A stretch of 64,000 bases of DNA, taken from NCBI RefSeq assembly GCF_039654945.1, contig NW_027361716.1, positions 21,142,001 through 21,206,000 on the forward strand. Direction: 5' to 3'. The notes beneath the pieces were generated by a model that did no database searches, was not told the origin of the DNA, and was given only the letters and a program-made list of their open reading frames with translations. This DNA comes from Dendrobates tinctorius. Lineage: Eukaryota. Of the stretch, positions 1 to 11,339 are shown in pieces. Position numbers and translations under genes: made by a program. Every line of letters begins with the position of its first letter. Position 1 is the stretch's first letter.

Positions 1-2940
1 AAGCACGGACTGTACTGGCCAAACTAGTAAGGCCTTTAGAAGAAGTGCTGCCAGCTCCGGCGGTTCAATTACGAGTACACCCTGAGGATCCTTGGGAAGT
101 AACAATACGAACCTTACAGACCCACGATGTCTAAGCACAAGAGAAGGGCCGAAATATTTTGGAGCAGATGCGGGACGTGCTTTCTGGATTAACTGCGGCC
201 CAACTCTCACAGATAAAAACATTGCTGGGACAGTACCATGAAGTATTTGCTAGTCATGAGGACAATTTTGGGTGTACCACCGCCATCACTCATGAAATCC
301 CCACAGCAGGAGCGGCCCCTATCCGGGAACGATATCGACAGATTCCGCCACAACTCTATCAAGAGGTGAAAACTTTGCTGGCCCAAATGCTGCGAAAAGG
401 GGTGATACGGGAAAGTCAAAGCCCCTGGGCGGCCCCAATCGTGTTGGTCCAGAAGAAAGATGGTACACTACGATTCTGTGTGGATTATCGTAAACTGAAT
501 GCTTGCACTATTAAGGACTCATACCCGCTGCCTGTCCGCCTTGGGGAAGGCAACATATTTTCCAACCCTGGACTTGGCCAGTGGGTACTGGCAGGTGCCC
601 ATGTCAGAGGAAGATAGGGCCAAGACGGCGTTCATATTGCCCATGGGACTGTTTGAGTTCAATCAGATGCCGTTTGGGCTGGCCAACACCCCTGGGACCT
701 TTCAATTTTGAGGCCACGTTGATCTACCTGGATGACATCATTGTCTATGCCGCCACCTTCGAGGACCACCTGAAGCGGTTGGGACAGGCACTCAGCCGGT
801 TGCAAAAGTACGGGTTGAAGGTGAAGCCTCAGAAATGCCACCTATTTCGCTCTCAGATTGAGTATCTGGGTCATGTCATTTCGGCAGAGGGTGTGAGGCC
901 ATCCCGGGAGAAGGTTGCTGCTATTCAGGAATGGCCTACCCCCTAGACGGTGAAAGATGTGCGGGCTTTTCTGGGGTTAGCCGGATATTACCGTCGCTTC
1001 GTAAAGAATTTTGTATGTCGAGCTCGAGCCCTGCACGACCTACTGAAGGGGGCTGCCGCTGGGGCCAATGGGCAAAAAATCCAGTGGCAACACCCTCAGG
1101 AAGAGGCTTTCCGAGACCTCAAGGCTGCACTCTCGGATGCCCCAGTGTTGGCTTATGCGGATTTCTCTCAGTCGTTCATCTTGCACACTGACAGGAGTCT
1201 TCACGGGCTGGGGGGCTGTGTTGTCACAGGTTCAGGATGGCCGGGAGAGAGTGATCGCATATGGAAGTCGCTCACTCCATGACTCCGAGCGTAACCCTGA
1301 CAATTACAGCTCTTTTAAGATCGAGCTCCTCGCAGTGGTGTGGGCTATGACGGAGAGATTCACTGAGTACCAAGCGGGCTCTGAGGTGGTAGTGCGAACT
1401 GACAACAACCCGCTGGCTCATCTGGAAAATGCCAAATTGGGGGCTCTGGAACAATGATGGGTGGCCCGGATGGCGAAGTACAATTATAAGATTATCTACA
1501 AAAGAGGGGCCGAGAATTTCCATGCAGACGCCCTCTCCAGGATTCGACATACAACTCCAGGGCAGAATCGAGACAAAGAATTGGAAGGGGAGGAAATCCC
1601 GTTTGCTCTCACTGCTACCGTGCTCACAACTGGCAATAAAAAGATATCTTCATCTGATACCCCAAGGGGCATACTGGAACAATCCCGGGATAAGTGGTTA
1701 CAGCAGCAACAAGAAGACGAAGAGGTTGGCCTTCTCAGGACATGGGTCGCCGCTGGGCAATTACCCACTGACTCTCAACGGCAAAATTTGCCTCAAGACC
1801 TGTTGCTTATGCTGCGACAATGGGAGAGGTTGGTTATCCGAAAGGGATTATTGTATCGTAAAATAACATCACAAACAACCTCGATGACGTTTTGGCAGGT
1901 GGTTACGCCAGGAGCCCAACTTCACGTATTGGCCCGGGAGGCTCACGAAAAAGGGGCCCATTTCAGAACAAAAAAACTTTGCAATGGCTGCAACAGAAAG
2001 CTTACCACCCGCGCTTGCCGGCTGTTGTGGACGAAATTTGCCGGACCTGCCGGTTGTGTGAATTAGCCAAACCACCCGCTCAGCAAGCCGCAACACAGAC
2101 TATTGTGACCTCAGCGCCCCTTGAGCTCCTGACGGTGGATTATTTGACCATTGGGCCCGCATTTCCGGGATACGAACACTTTCTCGTTATGATAGATCAT
2201 TTCGATAAGTTCGCTGTGGTCACCCCCACTCGGGATCAGACCGCAGAGTCAGCTGCCTCTGCAATTTGTAGAAACTTTATACAAGTATACGGCTGTCCTC
2301 AACGAATACATTCTGATCAGGGAGCATGTTTTTTGGGAAAAGTCATGGAAGAACTACATCATCTCTATGGAATTGACAAATCCTGGACGACACCGTATCA
2401 CCCGCAAGGGAATGGGGCTTGTGAACGATTTAATCGGACATTGATCCAGATGTTGCGCACTCTGGAGAGTGACAAGAAGGCCCGTTGGCCCGAATATGTT
2501 TCCGAATTAGTTTGGGTCTATAACAATAGGGTACATTGAGTGACTGGGTATACCCCCTATTCCCTGTTGTTTGGGCGAGAAGGTAAAGGGATCACGGAGG
2601 TGGAGTTAGACCCCGAAGAACCTCAGGCCTGGGCTGGGGTGTCGTCTTGGGTCCGAAATCATCGTCATCGGCTGCAAACTCTTCACCGAATTGTACACAC
2701 CAAGCTCCGAGACTGGGAGCACCCAGAGAAGAATACAACCCCGCCTCCTCACCTCCAAAGCGGGGACCAGGTGCTTGTGCTAGATCAACGCCCCCAAAAC
2801 AAACTGGAGCCGCATTGGGAAGAAAGTCCTTATCGGGTCTTACGCCGTATCCATCCAGACGGACCGGTGTACGAAATATGACCTGAGGAGGATGAAACAC
2901 TGCCCACTCGTGTTGTGCATTGTAATATGTTACGCCCATG
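1..2940 (+). pseudogene. Degenerate Ty3/Gypsy pol (RT-RNase H-integrase), 5' part outside window
   Basis: ORF pieces: [40 protein letters not shown] (~724), RNase H IAYGSRSL...NYSSFKIELLAVVWA, integrase IHSDQG...TTPYHPQGNGACERFNRTL. Multiple stops, frameshifts and small deletions. Confidence 0.95.
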
Positions 2941-3299
2941 TACTTCCTCGACCCGAAGCAACCGGAGCCTACCCTGTCGACATCCGAACCGTCTTCAGTA
3001 TGTTGGGACCCGGACGACGACTAAGATTGTCTCCTAGGACCCGGAGGCCCTCCACGCAGTAATGAATCATCTAACACAATTAGCCCGCCCGCACCAACCA
3101 GCCTACCGATGTCCACCACCCCAGATGACTCTACCCCAGTTGAACTTAGACGCTCCGAGCGGTCAACAGCCGGCAAACCCCCCCCCGAACAATATAAGCA
3201 AGATCAATTCATATGGCAACAAAAATTGAAACCCCTACAGACTGAGCTCAATAGACTAAGGCCCTCGCCCGAGGACTGGCGGGCTTACAGGGTGGGGAG

Positions 3300-4734
3300 T
3301 GTGGGGAGGAGGACTCCCAGACAGTGAATGGGCAGGTACCCAGGGTACTGACAGCAGGGTTCCTGAGGGAACGATACTGGGAGGGCAGTAAAAGGAAAGA
3401 CTTGACTGAAGTTGTCAGGGAAACAGGGGGCGGGGCAAGTTTAAAGGGAGCAGGGGGCGCGCTGAAGTGGCAGTTGATAGAGAGCCGGACAACAGACAGG
3501 GAGCCGTGTGAGACAGAGAGAACCGAGGGAGCGGACGGTGTGTTGTGGAGAGACCGACAGGGGCCTGTGAAAGAAAAGCTGCGGACTCACCGACACGTGA
3601 GACTTGAGAGCTGGTCACCGGCGGTCGCTCCCCTCATACGGTCACATACAGCCGCCCCCGCTGTTTCCTGCCGTGTTGGGGCAAGTCCACGACCTCTACT
3701 GACTGCTGCGATGACAGACCATTCCTTTACAGCGGTCAGGACACAGCCCCCCTGCCTTCTCCCTCAGCTGCGGCCCTGTCATCACCGGGCCCAGGAGGCG
3801 CCACCTCGCTACAGGCGGCAGGAGAGGCCCCTGTCCGGTTTGCTAAGGGGCCCCAAGCAGAGGTTGGTGAACAGTTATATTTAGAGACTGCGTCATAACT
3901 CCGCGGTGGGACGAGAGCCGCAAGGAGACGCCTGTTGCGCCCCACCGGCATCGTTTCTTCAGGGCCTGTTGTGCCCCACAGGCATCGTTTCTTCAGGGCC
4001 TGTTGCGCCCCACCGGCATCGTTTCTTCAGGGTCTGTTGTGCCCCACCGGCATCGTTTCTTCAGGGCCTGTTGCGCCCCACCAGCATCGTTTCTTCAGGG
4101 CCTGTTGTGCCCCACCGGCATCGTTTCTTCAGGGCCTGTTGCGCCCCACCGGCATCGTTTCTTCAGGGCCTGTTGTGCCCTACCAGCATCGTCTCTTCTG
4201 GGCCTGTTGCGCTCCACCGCCCCAGTTTCTTCAGGGCCTGGTGTGCCCCTCCGGCATCGTCTCTTCAGGGCCTGATGCGCCCCACCGGCACCATTCCTCT
4301 TCAGGGCCTGTTGCACCCCACCGGCATTGTTTCTTCAGGGCCTGTTGCGCCCCACCAGTATTGTCTCTTAAGGGCCTGTCAAGCCCAGTTCCGTCCTGGA
4401 ATATCGAGGCATCAAGGCAGCCGCATCAGTGACCCCTACGCGGCCACACTTGTGATCCTAACAGACCCCCTGGAAGGATAAGTTTAATATAGGAGATAAG
4501 GACCCGTAGTTTGGTCATACGTGGCCTATAGCACCGGGGCAAACCGGGTTAATCGCATTACAATAAGGAAGTGTTGTTATTATTGTTGAGTCCCTGCGTG
4601 GACTAGTTTGTTGTTAACACTTTTGGTTTGCTCAATATAGCCCTAGCGGCTACAGTTTTATAAAAGTTTATTCCACAAACCACACTCAGTCTCGTGTCTC
4701 GTCACTGCATCCTGCGAACCTGCTGAACCCTACA
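3300..4734 (+). mobile_element. Probable 3' LTR of the Gypsy element
   Basis: Purine tract agggtggggag (3289-3299) is followed by TGTGGGG. The segment ends CCCTACA (imperfect terminal inverted repeat), with an ATAAAA signal near 4660. No second LTR in the window to confirm. Confidence 0.6.
3928..4380. repeat. 34-bp minisatellite (~13 copies) inside the putative LTR
   Basis: Unit gggcctgttgtgccccaccggcatcgtttcttca; the ORFs across it show 34-aa periodicity. Confidence 0.95.
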
Positions 4735-5089
4735 CAGGCTAACTCCACATGGAGTAAGTTCGTGACTACTTGGTGGCAAGTCGTGGGATAGTTTTTTCTT
4801 GTATTAGAGCATTAGTATTTGGTTTAAGCAATTATTCCCTGACTGAAGAACTGGCATCCTTGTGAAGAGTGCACCAGTTCTACAAGGTTCAACTCAGTTC
4901 TTACTTAGGTGTAGGGAAGGTGGACTGACGTACGGAACTGACAGTTGTGCCAGATACGGGGGTGGCCCTGACAGGATTAGCCGCAGACAGAGACAGCGGA
5001 GGCCACAGACGGAGAGCAAAGAGAGGCCGCAGACAGAGACAGCCTGGGGTATCACTAAACCGAACGGACTCGGACTGGTGAAACGCTGT

Positions 5090-5615
5090 GGTGGTTGCCT
5101 TTGCTTTTGCTTGTCAACAACAAAGAAGAAGAGAAAGACGGAGAAGACGTCGCTGTCGCTATTGGCAACACCCCATCCGAGAGAGCCGTGGAGCCTACCA
5201 CTCTATGTACACCGAGCTGCAGCAAAACCTGAAGAAGTTTTTTGACTACACAAGGATGTCAGAACAGAGCTTCCATGAGTTGCTGCTACGTATTCAAGGA
5301 TCCATCACCAGGCAAGACACACAGCTCCGCCGAGCAATTCCTGCTGAGGAACGTGTTTTGGTCACCGTGAAGTACGTAATTTGGAAAAAGAAACACCTGC
5401 CTTTAATATGATTGCTATAAAAGCCATGTACTGACTTTTTTTCTCATTTTTTGTTCCACAAATTCCTGGCCACATTATCATCATTCTTTTTCAATTCAGG
5501 ATTGGAGTGTCCACACTTTCTGGAATTATTGGAGACACCTGTCATGCTTTAGGTGACGTTCTGTGGCAAGAATTCCTCCCCCAACCCAAAACTGAACTCT
5601 GGCTGGAAAATGCGT
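5090..5615 (+). pseudogene. Harbinger/PIF transposase N-terminal remnant (HARBI1/ALP1-like), internally deleted
   Basis: YWQHP..RGAYHSMYTEL..KFFDYTRMSEQSFHELL..RQDTQLRRAIPAEERVLVT, then an intron-like gap and FLAT..GVSTLSGII. The catalytic DDE region is absent. Confidence 0.85.
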
Positions 5616-5619
5616 TCTG

Positions 5620-6899
5620 GTGGAAATATTTTTTTTTTGTCCTCGGTTTTCTTGACCGAGTGGGAGTGGTGGCCTCTGTAGCAGTCATCTGGCATGGTCC
5701 TGGACTGGGCCGCATTATGGATACCGCTGGCTGCAGGGGTGCTGGACTGGGCAAGGGTGCTGGACTGGGCAGAGGTGCTGTACTGGGCAGCGTTGTGGAT
5801 ACTGCTGGCTGCATGGGTGCTGGACTCTGGAGCATGATGGATGCTGCCGGCTGCAGGAGTGATGAACTCGGCAGCGTGGTTGATCTGTGAATTGGAGACG
5901 GTGGTGTTGGAAGATAGCTTGGTGCTGTGTGAGTTGGAAAATGAATAGGCTGCTGGTAATATCCTCTAGGTGGTCAAGGCGTTTGTTGACATCCATGAAC
6001 CCACTCTTTAATCTGTCACCAATCAACCTAACCCCATCCTGGAAGACCGAGCATAAGTGCATAAACTCGGGCATGCCTGACCTCTCCCAGGCCCTCTGCC
6101 GCTGACGAGAAGACCCAACAAAAGCAGCAGCAGAGGGCTGGGAGAGAGGGAAACCAGATGGACCGGCTGCCTGTTCCCCAGCCTGTGAAGCCTGCAAGGT
6201 TGCTCCATCGCTGGTGGATGATTGGGACTGCGTCTGTTCAGTGGCTGGTAGATGAGGGGCCACTTCAAAAGAGGATGATCCAGGTTGTGTTGTGCTGCAC
6301 TAGGTTCTGTATGGAAAAGAAGAGAAAATCATTAGTGAAAAAATTCAGGTTGTGTTGTGCTGCTCCAGGTTCTGTGTGGAAAAGAAAAGAAAATATTATT
6401 AAAAAGAAAATAAAAATAAATATATATACTTACGTTCGCTGAACCAGCGCAGGCCTCATAAATGCAAGGTTCTGGTGGTATTTGTACTTCCGGAACCTTT
6501 GAATGGCACCACTTCGAACACGAATCTCCTCTCTCATGTCCTTGTTGAAGCGGTCCTTCTTTGAATGCCAACGAATTTTGATTCTCTTCACTGTGAAGGG
6601 GGAAAAAAGTGAAATTAATTGTAAAACAATAGATATATATGTACATGTTAATGTATATTAACAGGTTCACTGCTGCGTCAGACCACATTGCAATACTTAC
6701 CAAAATCATTTCTGGCACATGGAGTGGCACGGTCCCAATCAGCCAGCAGGGATGTTTCCACTTCTTCCCAGAGACGTTGAATCAAAACATTATCGGAGTG
6801 CTGACGGTCACAGGTGTCCCACAATGGTACTCGCTCTTGCACAAGGTGGATTAGTTGCTCATTGTCAATATCCAGTGTAGCTTCTTCCCGTTGTGAAAC
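5620..6899 (-). pseudogene. Harbinger ORF2, spliced MADF/Myb-SANT-like DNA-binding protein
   Basis: Minus exon 6899-6701 reads DNEQLIHLVQERVPLWDTCDRQHSDNVLIQRLWEEV, ending at a GTAAG donor. Exon 6590-6434 reads KRIKIRWHSKKDRFNKDMREE..SGA..KYKYHQNLAF, also with a GTAAG donor. A Pro/Ser/Gln-rich tail follows. It is convergent with the transposase. Confidence 0.8.
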
Positions 6900-7072
6900 C
6901 TTTAGATAAAATAGAAAAAAAGAATTTTAAGTAAAACTGAAAAAAAAATTCTATTACAACTCTGATGAAAAGACTATTTACACCCCATCTGTTCTGTCTC
7001 CGACATTTAATTCACAACCTTTGACTGTCTATTTTGATAATATTTACAATGATTTGCTGTGAATATCCATAA

Positions 7073-7644
7073 TGTTCAGTTTCAGCCATAGATTTAGTGT
7101 TTTCATTGTTTTTGGCTCCATCTAGTGACCAGAGTCATAACTGCAGTGTCATTGTGTATTTACTTTCATTTTTGCTTCTATAGTTTCCCTCTCTTCACAA
7201 TGCATGCTGGGAAAGCTTGCAAAGCACCCTGGTAAGTTTGCAAAGCATTATGGTTTAGTTCAGCCCCCATTTTTCCCTCCAGTCCTCCATTTTCTATCAA
7301 ACCTGCATTCTGGGAACATCTCATTTCTCTTCCGCCTTGTGTCAGCAACGATGGTAGGTAACCACGCTTCCTATATCTAATTCCTATCTCATATTAGCCT
7401 GTTTAGTTAGCTCCCTTGGTTAGCTATTAGTGCAGATAATGTAGGTTATGTATATTATGTATTCCTATGAACCCAGTACTGATTGTATTTATATGTTTTA
7501 CTTGTAGTTTCACCACATCAATATACCACTACGTTCAATAAAGCACAGATTCAACCTACGGTCTCCTTATTGGACCCCCGGGATAGCAGTTTAGCTGTCT
7601 GTATAAGCTACATGAATCCCGGTTCATTTAGTGAGGACAGAACA
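7073..7644 (+). mobile_element. 5' LTR of a BEL/Pao-like retrotransposon
   Basis: TGTTC...GAACA termini and AATAAA at ~7537; followed by a leader and a BEL-type gag N-terminus. Confidence 0.65.
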
Positions 7645-7854
7645 GTGAAGCAGCGGCTCTCCAGCTAGTGGGAATACAGAGAGAAGAGCCTTCCATCTTG
7701 CAGGACCGCAGTAAAACAATAGCTATCCAGCTAGTGGGAACTCAGAGAAAGAAGAGTCTTCCATCCTGCAGGGGCCACCCAGCTAGTGCAATTCAGGGAA
7801 AAGACAGCCCTTCATCCAGCTTGCAGGAACTAGTAAACTACGGGAATCCATCTA

Positions 7855-8253
7855 GTGAAATTCAAGTCACCGGATACACAGAGACTAATACAGCTACAGC
7901 AATCTCTGCACAGCCAAGCATCCCTCCAAGACACCATATCACACAAGACAAAATCTGCTACATCCATCTCTTCAAAGACCGTATCCATCAGTAGCACGGT
8001 CGCCATTGCCCGCGCAAATTCTGAAGCCGCCAAAATGCAAGCAAGCTATGCTGAAGAAGAGAAGCAACTTAAATTAGAGAAAGCACGCTTAGAAAACCAA
8101 GAGAGAAGGTCACGCATAGAAAGAGAAGACAAAGAGAGAAGGTCATGCATAGAAAGAGAGGAGCAAGAGATAAGGTTATGCTTAGAAAGAGATGAGCAAG
8201 AGAGAAAGATTCAGTTAGAGAAGGCGCGTGTGGATGCTGCCTTAGAAAGCCTC
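7855..8253 (+). pseudogene. BEL/Pao gag N-terminal fragment (Ser-rich plus coiled coil), truncated
   Basis: KSATSISSKTVSISSTVAIARANSEAAKMQASYAEEEKQLKLEKARLE resembles vertebrate BEL/Pao Gag starts; broken at ~8253 by another LTR. Confidence 0.65.
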
Positions 8254-9272
8254 AGCACAGCCACAGAATTAACTAAGCCTAAAGAGATAAATGGGAAAGT
8301 TAAACTGCCCCGGAGTAGAACCCCAAAGGAATAGATAGCCCCCGAACATATATTGCCGGTGAGACAAGATGAAGCACAAAACATAGGCAGAGAATAGAGT
8401 AAGCAAATGATGGGGCCCAAACTGTCTAGATAGAACTGGACAGGAAAGGATACTGTCTGCGATCACGCAAAAAAAACCTAAGAAAAATCCAACACGTCTG
8501 ATATGCAAAAATACTGAGGCCACACGACCTCTCCCCACTAAATCAGAAGTCTGGTATGAACTGGTTACTAAAAAGACTAACATACACTGTGGCATATGGA
8601 GCAGGGTCCAGCACAGGTCCCAACAGGGAACCAGGCTGAACTAACACCAGCTAAGCAAAAATCAGAGACAAGCAAAAATGGATCCAATGCAAAAAAAGAT
8701 TCAAGAAGACAAATAACTTATCTGAAAGATGCAGGACGGAGCAGGAGACAAGCAGACTTCAGAATATTTTCAGGAAGCAAACCAAATCACCTGCAAGAGC
8801 TGAGGGAAGGTTGTTCACTTAAATCTCCCCAGTCTGTAACACCTGACCTCCAATCATCCTGCTCAAGTGATTGACTTCTATCAGCTAGACCAGCTCCATT
8901 ACCAGTGGCAGCCACCAGAGGGAGCCCAAACTCAGAAGCAAGGTTAAAAGTGTTCACAACAGTACCCCCCCTTGAGGAGGGGTCACCGAACCCTCACCCA
9001 TGGACACCAGGCCGATCAGGATCAGGAAAGGCGTGAACCAATCTCTGGGCATGAGTGTCCGAAGCAAAGACCCAAGAATTATCCTCCTGACCATAACCTT
9101 TCCACTTGACAAAGTACTGGAGTCCCCGTCTAGCCAGACGAGAATCCAATATCTTCTCTACTTCATACTGCAGATTACCCTTAACCCCAATACAGGATCA
9201 GGGGGCGCAGCCATGGGAACTACTGGCTCCACAAACCTTTTCAACAAAGATTTATGAAATACGTTGTGAATG
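8254..9272 (-). mobile_element. 3' fragment of a chromovirus (sushi-like Gypsy): integrase end, chromodomain, PPT and truncated LTR
   Basis: Minus strand reads IHNVFHKSLLK, then QYEVEKILDSRL..LQYFVKWKGYGQEDNSW. PPT ...gggggggtac precedes LTR start TGTTGTGAA at 8961. The LTR resembles 34460-35200. Confidence 0.85.
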
Positions 9273-9404
9273 ATGGTGGTGGGGGAGGAGGCAATGATTG
9301 AGGTGGTGGAATGGGCAGTGATGGGGTGGTGGGGGAGAATGATAGGGGTGGTGGGGGAGAAGGCAATGATGGAGGTGGTGATGAGGACAATGATGGGAGT
9401 GGAG

Positions 9405-10235
9405 AGGGGCTGCATTATACTTTATGAGGGGGCTACACTATATTCTGTGGGGGGACTGCATTATTCTCACGGGACTACATTATATTCTGGGGGTCTACAT
9501 CATACTATATGAGGGGGCTACTGTATACTCTATGGGGGTTGCATTATATTCTGTGGTGGGGTTGCTTTATTCTCTCAGGGAACTACATTATATTCTGGAG
9601 GGGCTACATATTACTATATGAGGGGGCTACACTATATCGGGGCTGCATTATATTCTGTGGTGGGGCTGTATTATTCTCTCAGGGAACTACATTATATTCT
9701 GGGGGGCTACATCATACTATATGAGGGGGCTACAGTATACTCTGAGGGGCTGCATTATATTCTGTGGTGGGGCTGCATTATTCTCTCGGGACTGAATCAT
9801 ATTCTGGGGGGCTACATATTATTATATGAGGGGGCTATAGTATACTCTATGGGGGGACTGCATTATATTCTGTGGTGGGACTGCATTACTCTCTCAGGGG
9901 ACTACATTATATTCTGGGGGGCTACATCATACAATATGGGGGGGCAGCATTATGCCCTATGAGGGGGCGACAATATACTCTATGGGGCGCTGTATTATAT
10001 TCAGTGGTGGGGCTGCATTTTACTATATGAGGGGGGCTGCATTATACCCTATGAGGGTGCTACATTATGTTCTATGGTGGGGACTGCGTTATACCTTATG
10101 AGGGGGTTGCATTATATTTTGTGGGGTGCTGCATTATATTTTATGAGGGGGGCTACATTATATTCTATGAGGGAGGCTACATTATATTCTATGAGGGGGC
10201 TACATTATATTCTATGAGGGGGCTACCCCTCTATG
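9405..10235. repeat. Degenerate ~23-24 bp minisatellite
   Basis: Repeated ggggctacattatattctatgag-like units. Confidence 0.85.
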
Positions 10236-11339
10236 ATTCTACCCCAACCCTTGCTATATAATTAAGACGTGTACTACCTTATATTATACCCTGATATTAG
10301 CGTGTCTCAACACACAATTGGTGGTCTTGAATTTATGTCTATGTAGCTACATGATGGGCTGCATGAATGATTTTCTCTGGTGGGCCCAAGGTGCTCCAGT
10401 CCGACGCTGTCAGCATATATCACCTAAAAAGCGCAGTCAGGGAGTCAAGCCAAAGATGTCATGGATGTCCATGATAAGAAGGAAGCAGTCCCGAAACCAG
10501 AGAGAGGTGAGAGGAGCCCCACACTATTGCTGCGGAGGCAGCTTCGTCAAGGGGAGTGACATTGGTGCTCTTGCAGTATCTATTACCCATTTATTTTGTT
10601 TTAGCCCCACTAATAGGCTATTATACCTTGGGCTGTTTACCATCATATTTCTCTCTCGTTGGCCACCACATTACATGTATATATATTGTGTACACTCCTT
10701 TACATTCCAGCTGTCAGGATCCTGTCAGCGTTGGCAAACTGCCACGGCTGGGCAGGGTGACTTACCCACACTACTGGTGAGCCCGGGGTTCGATACTACA
10801 GTGAAAGTTCAAGCAGACAGGACCTGCGACACTGAAAGTAGTAAGGAGTACAAGAACCTACGATCATGTGACTGCAGGGGGCGGGGCTTAGCGTCCTACT
10901 GCTGCAGATGTAATATAGTTACTGCAGAGATACTGTAGTAGAGGAGAGGGAAATGCAGGTCAGACAAGCAGAGGTCATACACAGAGAGGGCAGTGCGGTA
11001 CCAGAGGGACGAGCAGAGAATAGTCAAGTCACAGGCAGAGAGTCATACACAGAGAGGGTAGCGCAGTACAAGAGGGACATGCAGAACTCGTAACAGGGAC
11101 GGAACCGGTTCAAAACCAAACAAGCAACAAGTTATCAGGCACAAGGCACATGTACGCAAGAGGTCAACTAACTCAGCCGAGGGCAGGAGTATAACTGACA
11201 CTGGACCTAGTTCGAGTGGCCACTAAATCACTAAATAGCCGCCCTCTGCCAGAGAGGGGCAGAAACAATTAACCCCTGTCTTACCAGGAGGGGCCAAAGA
11301 CAAAACCCCGTCCTGGATCATGACAGTACCCCCCTCTCA

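Noticed and set aside
3906-4481. Cys/Pro-rich ORFs
   Set aside because: Artefact of the 34-bp tandem repeat.
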